Shown here piece by piece: positions 19,389-28,879 of a stretch of DNA of 64,000 nucleotides. The DNA is from an uncultured Gammaproteobacteria bacterium (GTDB taxonomy: Bacteria; Patescibacteriota; Microgenomatia; Daviesbacterales; UBA10151). The notes beneath the pieces were generated by a model, which made no database searches, was not told the DNA's origin, and saw only the letters and a list, made by a program, of their open reading frames with translations. A program made the translations under genes and the position numbers. How positions within the stretch are numbered: the first letter of the stretch is position 1; the number at the start of each line of letters is the position of its first letter. The DNA lies in the NCBI GenBank assembly GCA_964390595.1, contig CAYMIA010000005.1, forward strand, positions 3,586-67,585. Direction: 5' to 3'.

Positions 19389-19886
19389 TTTGTAGAAATT
19401 AAAATTGCCTTCTTTTTTGTAAGGTGACCAGTTTTTGAAGTGATAGGTTTGAGTGATGACGATGGCGCCTGGTTTTAATTCTTTTTGAAGCTTTTTTTCT
19501 AAACGGTTGACAGCTTTGTTTAAGAGATAAATGTAGACTACATCTGCTGGGTAATAATTGCGGTCAAAAATATTGCCGTGATAAAAGTGAGCGTTTTGGA
19601 GTTTTAATTTTCTGGCTTGATGTCTGGAGTACCAAACTCGGAGCCAAGATTGTTCAATTCCATAAGAGATGGCACCAAGTTTAGCGGCGGCAAGGACTAC
19701 TCTGCCATCACCAGAGCCTAATTCATAAAAGTTTTTGCTCTGACCAACCCGGGCGAGCTTTAAAACTTGGGTAATTAAATCCAGTTTAGTTGGGACATAA
19801 GGAGCATCAGATCCAGCAAACCAGGAGAGTCCTAAAAATCCCAGAGGGAGAAGAATTAAAACAAAAATAAGCAGAGGATCGATCAT
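19377..19886 (-). CDS. Membrane-anchored class I SAM-dependent methyltransferase
   Basis: N-terminal TM, APYVPT, ELGSGDGR. Confidence 0.85.
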   Translation of the reverse strand: MIDPLLIFVLILLPLGFLGLSWFAGSDAPYVPTKLDLITQVLKLARVGQSKNFYELGSGDGRVVLAAAKLGAISYGIEQSWLRVWYSRHQARKLKLQNAHFYHGNIFDRNYYPADVVYIYLLNKAVNRLEKKLQKELKPGAIVITQTYHFKNWSPYKKEGNFNFYKSTS

Positions 19887-19888
19887 CT

Positions 19889-20899
19889 TTATTTTTTACC
19901 TAGTAATTTAAGTAGAAAAAGCTTGATTGGCATGACTTTATCAATGCTGGTAAAAGCCCAGTAAAGCGGATCATTAAAAACTAAATCAAAGGTGCCGATA
20001 TATTCAGTTAGTTTGGCACCATAACCTTTTTTGAAATTATGGAAGCCGATCCAAGGATCCTTTGGATTTGGATCTGGACCAAGTGCTCCCCACATATCAA
20101 ATTTGGTAAGCCCTAAGCGTTTACCAACTTTAATTGCTTCCCAAGCGACCAAATTGCTGGCCATGACTTCTTTGTGGAGATTAGACGAAGCGCCATAAGG
20201 ATAGTAGAGAGTGTCTTTGAAGTTAAAAAGCATCCAAGCCGAAAGCGGTTCATCCTGATAAAAACCAATTACAACTCTAGCCATATTGGCATCTCTTAAA
20301 GTTTTCCAAACCTGTCGGTGGTAGTGTTCATTGTGAGACTGAAAGTTTTGTCTTTTGGTTGTTTCAAAGTGGAGTTTTAAAAAGATTTCAAAACCTTTGT
20401 CATCAGTCCGTTCTTCCACTGTGACTCCCCTTTTTTCAGCTAGGCGGGTGTTATAGCGGGTTTTTTGGTGCATATTTTTAAGGAGATCTTCTTCTGTGGG
20501 AGTTAAATCGAGGACAAAATTATACTTGGTAAACAAAGGTTTGGGAGATGGTTGAAAGGTGGGGTAGATTGAGTAAATGGGGGTGGAGGATTCAATATTT
20601 GGTTCAACTTTAATAAAAGCCGTATGATGTTCGGGTCCGATTTGTTCAAGTGCCTCTGCAAGCTCTTTGTTAGGTAGTGGACCTTTAGGGAGATAACCGA
20701 CAAACTGTTTGGTAAAAGGGATTTGATGTAAAGTTAACTGAAAGGCGGTTATGAGTCTCTCACCCTCGTAGATGCCATAACGGAGCAATGGTGTTCCTAG
20801 GTTTTTGCGGAACTCTCCCCACTCAAATGACTGCATGACATGAGTAACTACATTATTATAGTTGTCCTTTTGATCGTCCGTAATTGGTTTAATATTCAT
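19889..20899 (-). CDS. FemAB/FemX peptidoglycan bridge aminoacyltransferase
   Basis: QSFEWG, KTRYNTR, YPYGAS, FKKGYG. Confidence 0.9.
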   Translation of the reverse strand: MNIKPITDDQKDNYNNVVTHVMQSFEWGEFRKNLGTPLLRYGIYEGERLITAFQLTLHQIPFTKQFVGYLPKGPLPNKELAEALEQIGPEHHTAFIKVEPNIESSTPIYSIYPTFQPSPKPLFTKYNFVLDLTPTEEDLLKNMHQKTRYNTRLAEKRGVTVEERTDDKGFEIFLKLHFETTKRQNFQSHNEHYHRQVWKTLRDANMARVVIGFYQDEPLSAWMLFNFKDTLYYPYGASSNLHKEVMASNLVAWEAIKVGKRLGLTKFDMWGALGPDPNPKDPWIGFHNFKKGYGAKLTEYIGTFDLVFNDPLYWAFTSIDKVMPIKLFLLKLLGKK

Positions 20900-21007
20900 G
20901 ATCTTATTATATTGTCAAAGAGTGAGTTTTACGAGAAGGGAATTAAATTAGAAGACTCGCTGTTGACAAGCTGATAAAAATTTACTATAGTACGCAACAA
21001 TAAATAT

Positions 21008-21649
21008 ATGGAACGACGAGACCTTCTAATTACCGGTTTGGCATTGTTACTTATCTTGGGTATTATTGGTGGAACTGTTTTTTATCTGTTTCATCTTTTT
21101 CAAAAACCGAAGATCAGTTCTTTAAATAACCGCTCAGCAGTACCACTCGCGAGCACAGCAACTTTACCAACTAACCGGGCTGTGGCAAGTACTGCGCCAG
21201 CTCAAAATGGTAATCAAGGAAATAACACAGCTGCAATTGCGGATCCAAACTTTAAGACTTATTCAGGCGCTGGATTTAGCTTGAAGTATCCCAAAAGTTG
21301 GGGGTTACTAACTTGTTCAAACTCACAAAACTTTGAACTTGATCCCACTAATGGTTCCGATCAACTGAATGTTCCCTGCGATTATGCATTAAAGCCAGTC
21401 TCTGTTTTGGTGAACAGTAATGATTGTACTGGAACCCCAATTACTTTGGGCGCGAACGCATTTTTAAAGACCAAAACTACTACACCTGAAGGAGATGCTA
21501 AATATAGCTGGTGCACAAAAAGCAGTGTTCCTAATTTGAATGTGACACACCGGGTTTCTCCACAAACCGCTCGGGGGTACAGCAACTCTGACTACTCAAG
21601 TCAAATAGAAGAGATGCTAAAAACTGTTAGGTTTGGCGGAGCTTCCTAA
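21008..21649 (+). CDS. Membrane-anchored PsbP-like surface protein
   Basis: N-terminal TM, FKTY...FSLKYPKSW, four Cys; TTGACA-17-TATAGT promoter (20963-20991). Confidence 0.7.
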   Translation: MERRDLLITGLALLLILGIIGGTVFYLFHLFQKPKISSLNNRSAVPLASTATLPTNRAVASTAPAQNGNQGNNTAAIADPNFKTYSGAGFSLKYPKSWGLLTCSNSQNFELDPTNGSDQLNVPCDYALKPVSVLVNSNDCTGTPITLGANAFLKTKTTTPEGDAKYSWCTKSSVPNLNVTHRVSPQTARGYSNSDYSSQIEEMLKTVRFGGAS

Positions 21650-21678
21650 GACTCTTTTTATCTGTTAAACTATTCTTA

Positions 21679-22536
21679 ATGCAGAAAGGGATTGCTAATT
21701 TAGTTTTGTTAATTGGGGTGATTCTGATTGGGGTACTAGTTTATGGAACTTTTCATATTGAAGACATTAGAAGGTTTGAATTAAAGTTTCCCAAGGCAAC
21801 CTCCGCTCCAACTCAAACTGTTAATCCGACAATTTCTAAGCCATCCCCTACTCCTCAAGATGAGACAGCAAATTGGCAGACATATCTAAACCAGGAAGGT
21901 GGTTATTCGGTGAAATATCCACCCGATTATATAGTAGAGACTGCTAATATATCTAATAATTTACCTCAGACAAGTGTAACTATTATCCCAAAGAACTATA
22001 CAACGCTAAGAAAAGATCAGTTTTTAGGAGGGATTGGAGTAGATAAACAACCAGCCAAGCTGCCTTTAAATATAGCGGTAGAGGATTATTTAAATAAATA
22101 TTATTCAGATGGTTGTTGTAATGTAGTTTTTAAATCCGCTCACATGGCTAAATTAGGAGATGTAGATGTATATCAAATTTTAACTGCGGACGATCCGGTA
22201 AAACCGGCTATAATTTATGTGGAGCTGGATAGGTATTTGTATGTCTTTACGTTTCAAACTGGAGGTGGTCCTCGACCGTCAGCCTCTCAAGCTAGAAACT
22301 ATCAGGATTACGAAAAAATTATTTCGACCTTTAAGGCTGTTTCTACCTCAGTTTCTGCTGATGAAAAAGCGAGGATTGATATTTGGATTTCAAGAAATAG
22401 TCTAAACCAGTATGGGGATCTTCAAGATACTGTTTATGCTGGTGGGACACCTTTGTTTGATGAAACAACAGGGGAGATGATGGACCGTTATGAGTATATT
22501 GTTAAAAGACATCCAGGTAAACCTTGGAATCAATGA
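21679..22536 (+). CDS. PsbP-like surface protein with prepilin-like leader and an extra C-terminal domain
   Basis: MQKG + hydrophobic stretch; WQTY...YSVKYP; C-terminal NQYGD..TVYAGGTPLFDE. Confidence 0.75.
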   Translation: MQKGIANLVLLIGVILIGVLVYGTFHIEDIRRFELKFPKATSAPTQTVNPTISKPSPTPQDETANWQTYLNQEGGYSVKYPPDYIVETANISNNLPQTSVTIIPKNYTTLRKDQFLGGIGVDKQPAKLPLNIAVEDYLNKYYSDGCCNVVFKSAHMAKLGDVDVYQILTADDPVKPAIIYVELDRYLYVFTFQTGGGPRPSASQARNYQDYEKIISTFKAVSTSVSADEKARIDIWISRNSLNQYGDLQDTVYAGGTPLFDETTGEMMDRYEYIVKRHPGKPWNQ

Positions 22537-22549
22537 TATACTTAAGTAG

Positions 22550-23203
22550 ATGCAGCGAGGAAATATTGCCCTAATCCTACTGGTAGCTTTTTTATTAATT
22601 GGAATTCTGGTGGGTGGGTTGATTTTTTACCAAAGCCAGAAAAAAACTCCCCTAGTTATTAATCAAAAAGTTTTGACTACCCCGGTTCCAACTCCTTTGG
22701 TACTAACTTATTTAGACAGTACTTTTGGATTTAAATTTTCTTACCCAGCTTTGCTGATAGTTAAGTCTGATTCGGAATCAGATTATAATTTGAGAAATGG
22801 GGGAGACGCTAGGAAAGATTTTAACAGTTATGTTCAATATGAACCTCCTCAAATAGCGAGCGCAAGTGCTGTGGTGGCTAAAACCCAAAAGTTGAATAAT
22901 GCACCATTTCTAATCTGGATATTTGAGAACCCTTTAAACTTAAATGAGATGGCTTGGTTTGAAAAATATTGGTATTACCCTTTTTTATGGGGTCAGTTTG
23001 AGACAGCAGAAAAAGCTAAATTGGCTCCTAGTAAAGAGGTTTCAATTGATCAGGGGTTGGTTAAATATGGTGAGGTAGCCTATCAAGCAGGTTCTCCAAA
23101 ATATTATTTAATCCCCAAAGACCAAAAGATGATTTTAATTAGAGTTTTAGAGGGTGAAGAGGGCGCGAAAATTTTAAAAACATTTAGTGCTTCAGCAAAT
23201 TAA
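22550..23203 (+). CDS. PsbP-like surface protein with prepilin-like leader
   Basis: MQRG + hydrophobic stretch; TY...FKFSYP. Confidence 0.7.
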   Translation: MQRGNIALILLVAFLLIGILVGGLIFYQSQKKTPLVINQKVLTTPVPTPLVLTYLDSTFGFKFSYPALLIVKSDSESDYNLRNGGDARKDFNSYVQYEPPQIASASAVVAKTQKLNNAPFLIWIFENPLNLNEMAWFEKYWYYPFLWGQFETAEKAKLAPSKEVSIDQGLVKYGEVAYQAGSPKYYLIPKDQKMILIRVLEGEEGAKILKTFSASAN

Positions 23204-23896
23204 TTATTCTAGGTAGATGTCAATGAAATGGGCGGACCAGCCAGCAGTTCTGGCGTCATCGAAACCTAGGTCAATGATATCGCCTTTAATCGCTCCGCCA
23301 GTGTCTCCGGCGATTGCTTGGCCATAGCCAGGGATGTAAAGTTGGCTTCTCATTTTAATGACAGATGGGTCAACCGCGATAACTCCTTTACCTTGTCTCA
23401 TGCCAATGGCAGTCCACTCGTTGCAACCTGGACAATGAGAATCATAATGAGTTGCCCAAACCCGCATCTTCTTCCAGTATTTAATTTCTCCATTTGGAGT
23501 GGACAGAGTGCGCCAGACGATTTTGGTACCCTTGGAGATTATTTTATCTTTTGGAGGTACAAAATCAGTCGAGACATTTTCTCTGGAATATTCCTCCCCT
23601 TCATAAAGGGTGATCTTAATGACTTTGGTGCGATGACCGTCTTGACCTTCTTCAAGAACTGAATCTTCACCAATTTCTTTTTCAGGATCATCTTTATAGA
23701 TAGTTTGGCGCTCAATTTTGACTGTTTCAGACTCTAGTTTTGTTTCAAAACGGGAGGTGGTGTGAAGTGGTTGGGGAGCGTCTAAAACTTCGTTGATTGT
23801 TGGAGTTTGCGCTTCAGCTGAGGAGGATGGTACTGTGAGAATGGAAGCAAGGAGAGCTATAACGATTATTCCAGATAGTACTATATATTTATCCAT
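23204..23896 (-). CDS. G5 + 3D domain cell-wall-binding protein
   Basis: G5 (EGQDG..KGTK) and 3D (AVDP, AGDTGG, IDL); ATG 23896. Confidence 0.9.
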   Translation of the reverse strand: MDKYIVLSGIIVIALLASILTVPSSSAEAQTPTINEVLDAPQPLHTTSRFETKLESETVKIERQTIYKDDPEKEIGEDSVLEEGQDGHRTKVIKITLYEGEEYSRENVSTDFVPPKDKIISKGTKIVWRTLSTPNGEIKYWKKMRVWATHYDSHCPGCNEWTAIGMRQGKGVIAVDPSVIKMRSQLYIPGYGQAIAGDTGGAIKGDIIDLGFDDARTAGWSAHFIDIYLE

Positions 23897-23901
23897 AATA
23901 C

Positions 23902-23993
23902 CAAAGCTCAAAGTTCAAATATCAAATCAATGTCGAGTTTTAGAATTTGTAATTTTGAATTCATTTGTAATTTGGTATTTGTAATTTGTAATT
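23902..23993. repeat. Opposed 7-bp tandem arrays (CAAA-NNN x4, then ATTTG-NN)
   Basis: caaagct caaagtt caaatat caaatca ... atttgta atttggt atttgta atttgta. Confidence 0.7.
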
Positions 23994-26021
23994 TTAAAAG
24001 TTGAGCCAGTCGTCTTCGTCGACTTGGCTGACGTCGTCACTGAAGGTGGGTTTGTCTTCGAGACGGTCAGAGTATTTACTATTTGAATCTAGCAGATTTT
24101 CGGGTATCGATGCAATAAAGCGGGAGACTAAATTATTAGAGCGGGTGCCGAAATAAAGCCGGGAGCGGGTGTAGGTTAAGTAGAGGCGGTCTTTAGCCCT
24201 GGTGATGCCGACATAAGCGAGGCGGCGTTCTTCTTCCATCTCATTTGGGTTTAGCATTGATCTTGAATGGGGGAAGAGCCCTTCTTCCATTCCAACTAAA
24301 AAGACCACTGGAAACTCCAGGCCTTTGGAGGCATGGATAGTCATTAGGGTGACAGCTTCTTGTGACTGTTCGGATTTGCCATCTGGCATGTTGTCGCCTT
24401 GGACCAAAGAGACATTTTCTAAAAATGAAACTAAATCAGGAAACTCTTCAGCAACTGAGCGGAGCTCTTTAACGTTTTCAACGCGGTTTTTACCGGCATC
24501 GGTACCATCATCTAAATAAGCGAGGTAACCGGTTTTGATCAAGACGTTGTCTAATAGTTCTAGGGTAGTATAATCACTGGTTTTGCCACTGACCTCCCCA
24601 ATGTATTCAAAAAATTTTTGGGCTCTCCCCTTGCCGATTTTTTCAACTCTTTTTTTGGCGATTGAATCGCTGGGATTTTGGAGCAATTTTAAATAAGAGA
24701 GGACGTCTTTGATCTCTTTTCGGGCATAAAATTGAACGCCACCAAAAAGTTTGTATGGCACTCCAGATTTGAGGAAAGCTTCCTCGAGACTTCTGGATTG
24801 AGCATTGGTTCGGTAGAGGATAGCAAAGTCTGAAAGGGTAAGTTTGGTAGACTCGGGGGTCCTGTCGGCTAACAGCCCCATCCGACCTCCTCGTTCCGTT
24901 AGCACTCCACTGCGGGGGCTCGATGGGGCGCCCCGTTTGCCGTCACCCTCCTCGCCTAACCTAAGTTTTTCTGCGTCACCCAAAATTGAACCACTTGAGG
25001 CCATTCTCAATATTTGATCGATTAGGAAAAGAGCTTCTTCGACCTCATTTCGGGCTTGGAAGATGGTGATTTTGGGGCCCTCTTTTTTATCGGTCCAGAG
25101 TTTTAAAATTGGATGGCTAGTATTTTCGGAGATAACAGCTTGGGCGGCATCAAGGATAACTTGAGTTGAACGGTAGTTTTGTTCCAAATTAAAAACTTTA
25201 GTTTCTGGGTAGTCTTTTTCAAAGTTGACGATGTTCCGGAAGTCGGCGCCACGGAAGCCATAGATGGCCTGGGAGGCGTCTCCAACCACGCAGATGTTCC
25301 GGTAGCGTTTAGCTAGGAGTTTAATGAGTTGATATTGGGCAGCGTTAGTATCTTGATACTCATCAACTAAAATATATTTAAATTGTTGTTGGTAGCGGGA
25401 GAGCACTGGAGGTTGTGATTGAAAGAGACGGATTGTTTCCATAAGCAAGTCATCGAAGTCGAGCGCCCAGTTTTGGCGCAGAATTTTTTGATATTCAATA
25501 TAAACTTTGGCGACAGTTTCTTGAAAATAACCTCTCGCGTACTGCGGATATTCCATTTCAGAGATGACCTCATTTTTGGCTCCAGAGATAGTATTTCGAA
25601 CGGCATTGGGATTAATTTTTTGAGTAGCTAAATTTAATTTAGCCATGGCCTGCTTGATAGCATCGAGAGCATCGCTTTCGTCATAAATTGAAAAGCCGGG
25701 GTTGAGGCCAGCGTTGTGGGCTTCTTTGCGTAGGATTTTAGCGCAGATGGAGTGAAAGGTGCCCATTAGGGGTTGGTTCGAGCTTTTACCTAGGAGTTGT
25801 AAAATCCGCTCGCGCATCTCCCCTGCCGCTTTGTTGGTAAAAGTAACAACTAAAATATTATCTGGGGAGATTTGATGCTGGGAAATTAAATAGGCGACCC
25901 GGTAAGTTAAAACTCTAGTTTTGCCAGAGCCAGCACCAGCTAAAACTAAAACTGGACCTTCAGTGGCTTTAGCAGCTTCTTGTTGAATGGGGTTTAAATC
26001 CTCTAAATTAACACTGGGCAT
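23994..26021 (-). CDS. pcrA: UvrD/PcrA ATP-dependent DNA helicase with ~48-aa in-frame insertion
   Basis: AGAGSGKT, TFTNKAA, VDEYQD, QNYRS, LYRTN, HASKGLEF, YVGITRA. Confidence 0.95.
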   Translation of the reverse strand: MPSVNLEDLNPIQQEAAKATEGPVLVLAGAGSGKTRVLTYRVAYLISQHQISPDNILVVTFTNKAAGEMRERILQLLGKSSNQPLMGTFHSICAKILRKEAHNAGLNPGFSIYDESDALDAIKQAMAKLNLATQKINPNAVRNTISGAKNEVISEMEYPQYARGYFQETVAKVYIEYQKILRQNWALDFDDLLMETIRLFQSQPPVLSRYQQQFKYILVDEYQDTNAAQYQLIKLLAKRYRNICVVGDASQAIYGFRGADFRNIVNFEKDYPETKVFNLEQNYRSTQVILDAAQAVISENTSHPILKLWTDKKEGPKITIFQARNEVEEALFLIDQILRMASSGSILGDAEKLRLGEEGDGKRGAPSSPRSGVLTERGGRMGLLADRTPESTKLTLSDFAILYRTNAQSRSLEEAFLKSGVPYKLFGGVQFYARKEIKDVLSYLKLLQNPSDSIAKKRVEKIGKGRAQKFFEYIGEVSGKTSDYTTLELLDNVLIKTGYLAYLDDGTDAGKNRVENVKELRSVAEEFPDLVSFLENVSLVQGDNMPDGKSEQSQEAVTLMTIHASKGLEFPVVFLVGMEEGLFPHSRSMLNPNEMEEERRLAYVGITRAKDRLYLTYTRSRLYFGTRSNNLVSRFIASIPENLLDSNSKYSDRLEDKPTFSDDVSQVDEDDWLNF
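24857..24948. repeat. ~92-bp nested palindromic element, in-frame copy in pcrA
   Basis: GGGTCCTG...GTCACCC ends, internal inverted repeats, GC-rich; matches 35357-35447. Confidence 0.75.
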
Positions 26022-26104
26022 AACTGTTGGCTATCTTATCATTTATAGACAAGTTAGGCAAAGTGAGCTTGACATGAGCCTATAAAGGTATTAATATTCA
26101 GATT

Positions 26105-26509
26105 ATGTCAGAAGCAGAGCAAGTAAGATATACGCCAGATGAGATTCGCGCAATTAGAGATGAGGCGTGGTTGGCGACAGAGGGCGGTAGGACAAAAGGG
26201 ACTTATCGAACTAGAAGTGGAGAGGAAAGATTGGTTGAAGAGGCATTAGCTGCGTATGAAGAAGCTCTTGGAATTCCCCGGGTAGATTTAATCAGTCAGC
26301 GGGGATTGTTTGCGAATAGAAGTGCGATGGAGTGGCATTTTAGTAGAGGTCATTATGGAGGTTCAACTTTAGAGACTACTTATAGATTGGCGGGAATGTA
26401 TGGTGTGGCGAGTGGGCATCAAACTCTGGCGATAGCTGAACAAGAAGCTATTGATAAAGCAATGGGCAAAAAAGTTCTAGACTCAACAAATTCGGTCAGC
26501 TTATTCTAG
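26105..26509 (+). CDS. Hypothetical protein
   Basis: ORF downstream of TTGACA and a TA-rich -10 box. Confidence 0.6.
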   Translation: MSEAEQVRYTPDEIRAIRDEAWLATEGGRTKGTYRTRSGEERLVEEALAAYEEALGIPRVDLISQRGLFANRSAMEWHFSRGHYGGSTLETTYRLAGMYGVASGHQTLAIAEQEAIDKAMGKKVLDSTNSVSLF

Positions 26510-27561
26510 TATTTTTGAAGTAGTTTTAAAACTGCGTACTCTTCTTTTTTTAAGTCTTTGGGGGTTTTGCTTAGCTTGAAAATTTCTTCGAAGTGGGGGA
26601 TTAAAATTTTGTTTTGATAGGAGTCGATGATGGTGGGATGAATATAATAGTTGCGGCAAACTGTGGGGGTGTTTCTGAGATGATTGGAGACAACTTTAAC
26701 GGTTTGAATAATATTTTGGTTGGCGATATCATCTGTTTGAAAGTCTCCGAAGTGATAAAGAGTGTCGCCAGATAAAACTGTGGCACCCCAAGTCCGGAAG
26801 TCTTTAGCAGTTACATCTTCACCGGTTAAAGACTTTAAATAATCGTTCACATCAGCTGAGTCGATGGTATGGCGGATGTTGTCATCATCTAGATACTGAA
26901 AGATCTCATAACCTGGGAGTTCGATTAGCTCTTTGATAATTTTAGCGATTTTGGGATGAGTAATTGAAACTGAATGGTGGATGCCGCTTTTACCTTTGAA
27001 TTCAAATTTGATCTTTTGGCCTCTGACAAAAACATGACGGTTGCGCAAAGTGGTTAAACCATAGGAGCTGTTCTCTTTGGCGTATTCATCATTACCAACC
27101 CGGATAAAAGTGTGTTCAAGGAGCCAGATGATGGTAGCGGTTAATTGTTTTTTACCTAGATCTGATTGGTTCATATCTGAGGCGACTTTCTGGCGGATCT
27201 CCGGTAAGACTTGACCAAAAAAAGTCATTTTGTCGAACTTTTTTTGTTGAGTGCGGAGAATCCATTCTGGGTGATAGATATATTGCTTGCGGCCTTTTTC
27301 GTCAAAGCCGATGGCTTGCAGGTAACCCGCGCGGGAAGGGGAGATCCAAACATTTTTCCAAGCTGGTGGGATGGTGAGCTTATTAATCCGGTCATTGGTG
27401 TGAGCGCTGCCAATAACCTTGCCATCCGCGTCATGGTATTTAAAGCTTTTGCCATTTTTTTTGCGGGAGTAACCGGGGTTAGTATCGGGGATGTAGCGTA
27501 ACTTAACTTGGTTGAGTTGGTTGATGAGATCGCTTAAATCGGGTGCAGGCATTAGTTTCAT
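26506..27561 (-). CDS. DNA topoisomerase IB (bacterial/poxvirus-type)
   Basis: IPPAW, GRKQYIY, FKGKSG, RVGN, KDFRTW, NTPTVCRNYYIHP. Confidence 0.92.
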   Translation of the reverse strand: MKLMPAPDLSDLINQLNQVKLRYIPDTNPGYSRKKNGKSFKYHDADGKVIGSAHTNDRINKLTIPPAWKNVWISPSRAGYLQAIGFDEKGRKQYIYHPEWILRTQQKKFDKMTFFGQVLPEIRQKVASDMNQSDLGKKQLTATIIWLLEHTFIRVGNDEYAKENSSYGLTTLRNRHVFVRGQKIKFEFKGKSGIHHSVSITHPKIAKIIKELIELPGYEIFQYLDDDNIRHTIDSADVNDYLKSLTGEDVTAKDFRTWGATVLSGDTLYHFGDFQTDDIANQNIIQTVKVVSNHLRNTPTVCRNYYIHPTIIDSYQNKILIPHFEEIFKLSKTPKDLKKEEYAVLKLLQKY

Positions 27562-27632
27562 TATATATTAATAATGTAGTTTTGTAATGATATCTTGACC
27601 GCAAAATTGACCGGTGGTAATATCAATTTCCT

Positions 27633-27896
27633 ATGGCAAAGGTCAAACTAGTCGATTATTGGGCTCCTTGGTGTGGACCATGTAAGATGATGGAACCAAT
27701 TTTGCATGAGTTGCAAAAAGAGATGGGAGATAATTTGGAGATTGAAGAGATTAATGTTGATGAACACCCAGATAAAGCTTCTTCGGAGGGGGTGATGAGC
27801 ATTCCGACTTATGTGGTAGTCAGGGATGGTAAGGAAGTGGGTAGAAAAGTTGGATTTACTCCCAAAGCTGATATGGCAAAACTACTGGCTGCATGA
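27633..27896 (+). CDS. trxA: Thioredoxin
   Basis: WCGPC, SIPT; TTGACC-17-TAATAT promoter. Confidence 0.92.
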   Translation: MAKVKLVDYWAPWCGPCKMMEPILHELQKEMGDNLEIEEINVDEHPDKASSEGVMSIPTYVVVRDGKEVGRKVGFTPKADMAKLLAA

Positions 27897-28219
27897 GCAA
27901 TTTTAAAGACCGGGTTATTGAGATTATTAAAAAAATTCCCAGAGGTAGAGTGACTAATTACGGTACGGTTGCTGTTTTGGCTGGTTTGCCCCGAGGAGCT
28001 AGGCTCGTTGGAGGAGTACTTCATTTTAACGAAGCGGTTGATGTTCCTTGGCAGAGAATTATTAATAGACACGGATTTATATCAACTAAATGTTTAGAAC
28101 ATCCCAAAGAACTGCAAAAAGCATTGCTTCTCCAAGAAGGCGTAGAAGTATCTGATGATTTCATGATAGACTTGGAGAAGTATGGGTGGTGGGGAGAAAA
28201 ATCTTTGGATTATAGCTAA
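27893..28219 (+). CDS. Alkyltransferase-like (ATL/YbaZ, MGMT family) protein
   Basis: IPRGRVTNYG, ARLVG, PWQR (Trp replaces the catalytic Cys). Confidence 0.88.
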   Translation: MSNFKDRVIEIIKKIPRGRVTNYGTVAVLAGLPRGARLVGGVLHFNEAVDVPWQRIINRHGFISTKCLEHPKELQKALLLQEGVEVSDDFMIDLEKYGWWGEKSLDYS

Positions 28220-28862
28220 TTGGAAATCAAATAAATCAATTGCAGAGGCATTGGAGTGGGTATCTCTGGTGGGTTCAAAGGTGCTAGCCAGTGAAGAAGT
28301 GAAAGTGGTAGTTTGCCCAGAGTTTAGTGCAGTTGAGGAAGTTAAAAAGGCGGTTCTGGTGGGGAATTATTCACTCCTGGTTGGGGTGCAGGATCTATCG
28401 CCTTTTCCACCGGGTGCTTTTACTGGTGAGGAATCTGGTCAGGATTTAAAACAGTTTGCATCGGTGGTGATTATTGGACACTCGGAGAGGCGAAAAAACT
28501 TTGGTGAAACTGATGAGATGGTGGCAGAGAAAGTTAAAAGATCATTGGAGGTAGGGATGACGCCTTTGGTTTGTGTTCAGGGAAAGGAGACGCCGGTTCC
28601 GGAGGGATGCAACCTAGTGGCTTTTGAGCCAGTTGAGGCGATTGGAACTGGGCATCCGGATACTCCCGGGGATGCGAATGAGGTAGCCCAATTTTTAAAA
28701 GATAAATATGGGGAGAGACTGGAAGTTTTATATGGGGGGAGTGTAATTCCGGAGAACGCAGAGGCTTTTACAAAGCAGGAAAACATCAGCGGTTTGTTGG
28801 TTGGAGGGGCGTCGCTTTCTGCCGAGCAGTTTTTGGCGATCATTGAAAATGTAACCAGGTGA
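28182..28862 (+). CDS. tpiA: Triosephosphate isomerase
   Basis: ANWK, GHSERR, EPVEAIG, YGGSV, LVGGASL. Confidence 0.92.
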   Translation: MGGGEKNLWIIANWKSNKSIAEALEWVSLVGSKVLASEEVKVVVCPEFSAVEEVKKAVLVGNYSLLVGVQDLSPFPPGAFTGEESGQDLKQFASVVIIGHSERRKNFGETDEMVAEKVKRSLEVGMTPLVCVQGKETPVPEGCNLVAFEPVEAIGTGHPDTPGDANEVAQFLKDKYGERLEVLYGGSVIPENAEAFTKQENISGLLVGGASLSAEQFLAIIENVTR

Positions 28863-28879
28863 GCCTTGAATGAAGAAAA

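Noticed and set aside
24830-25010. pcrA insertion as intein or self-splicing intron
   Set aside because: Too short; no Cys/Ser..His-Asn ends or group I/II features; frame stays open
26506-27561. Tyrosine recombinase/integrase
   Set aside because: Motifs fit topoisomerase IB; no att-like flanks seen
28560-28660. Shortened TpiA with EPVEAIG as a pseudogene
   Set aside because: Catalytic Lys, His and Glu are intact and the frame is open
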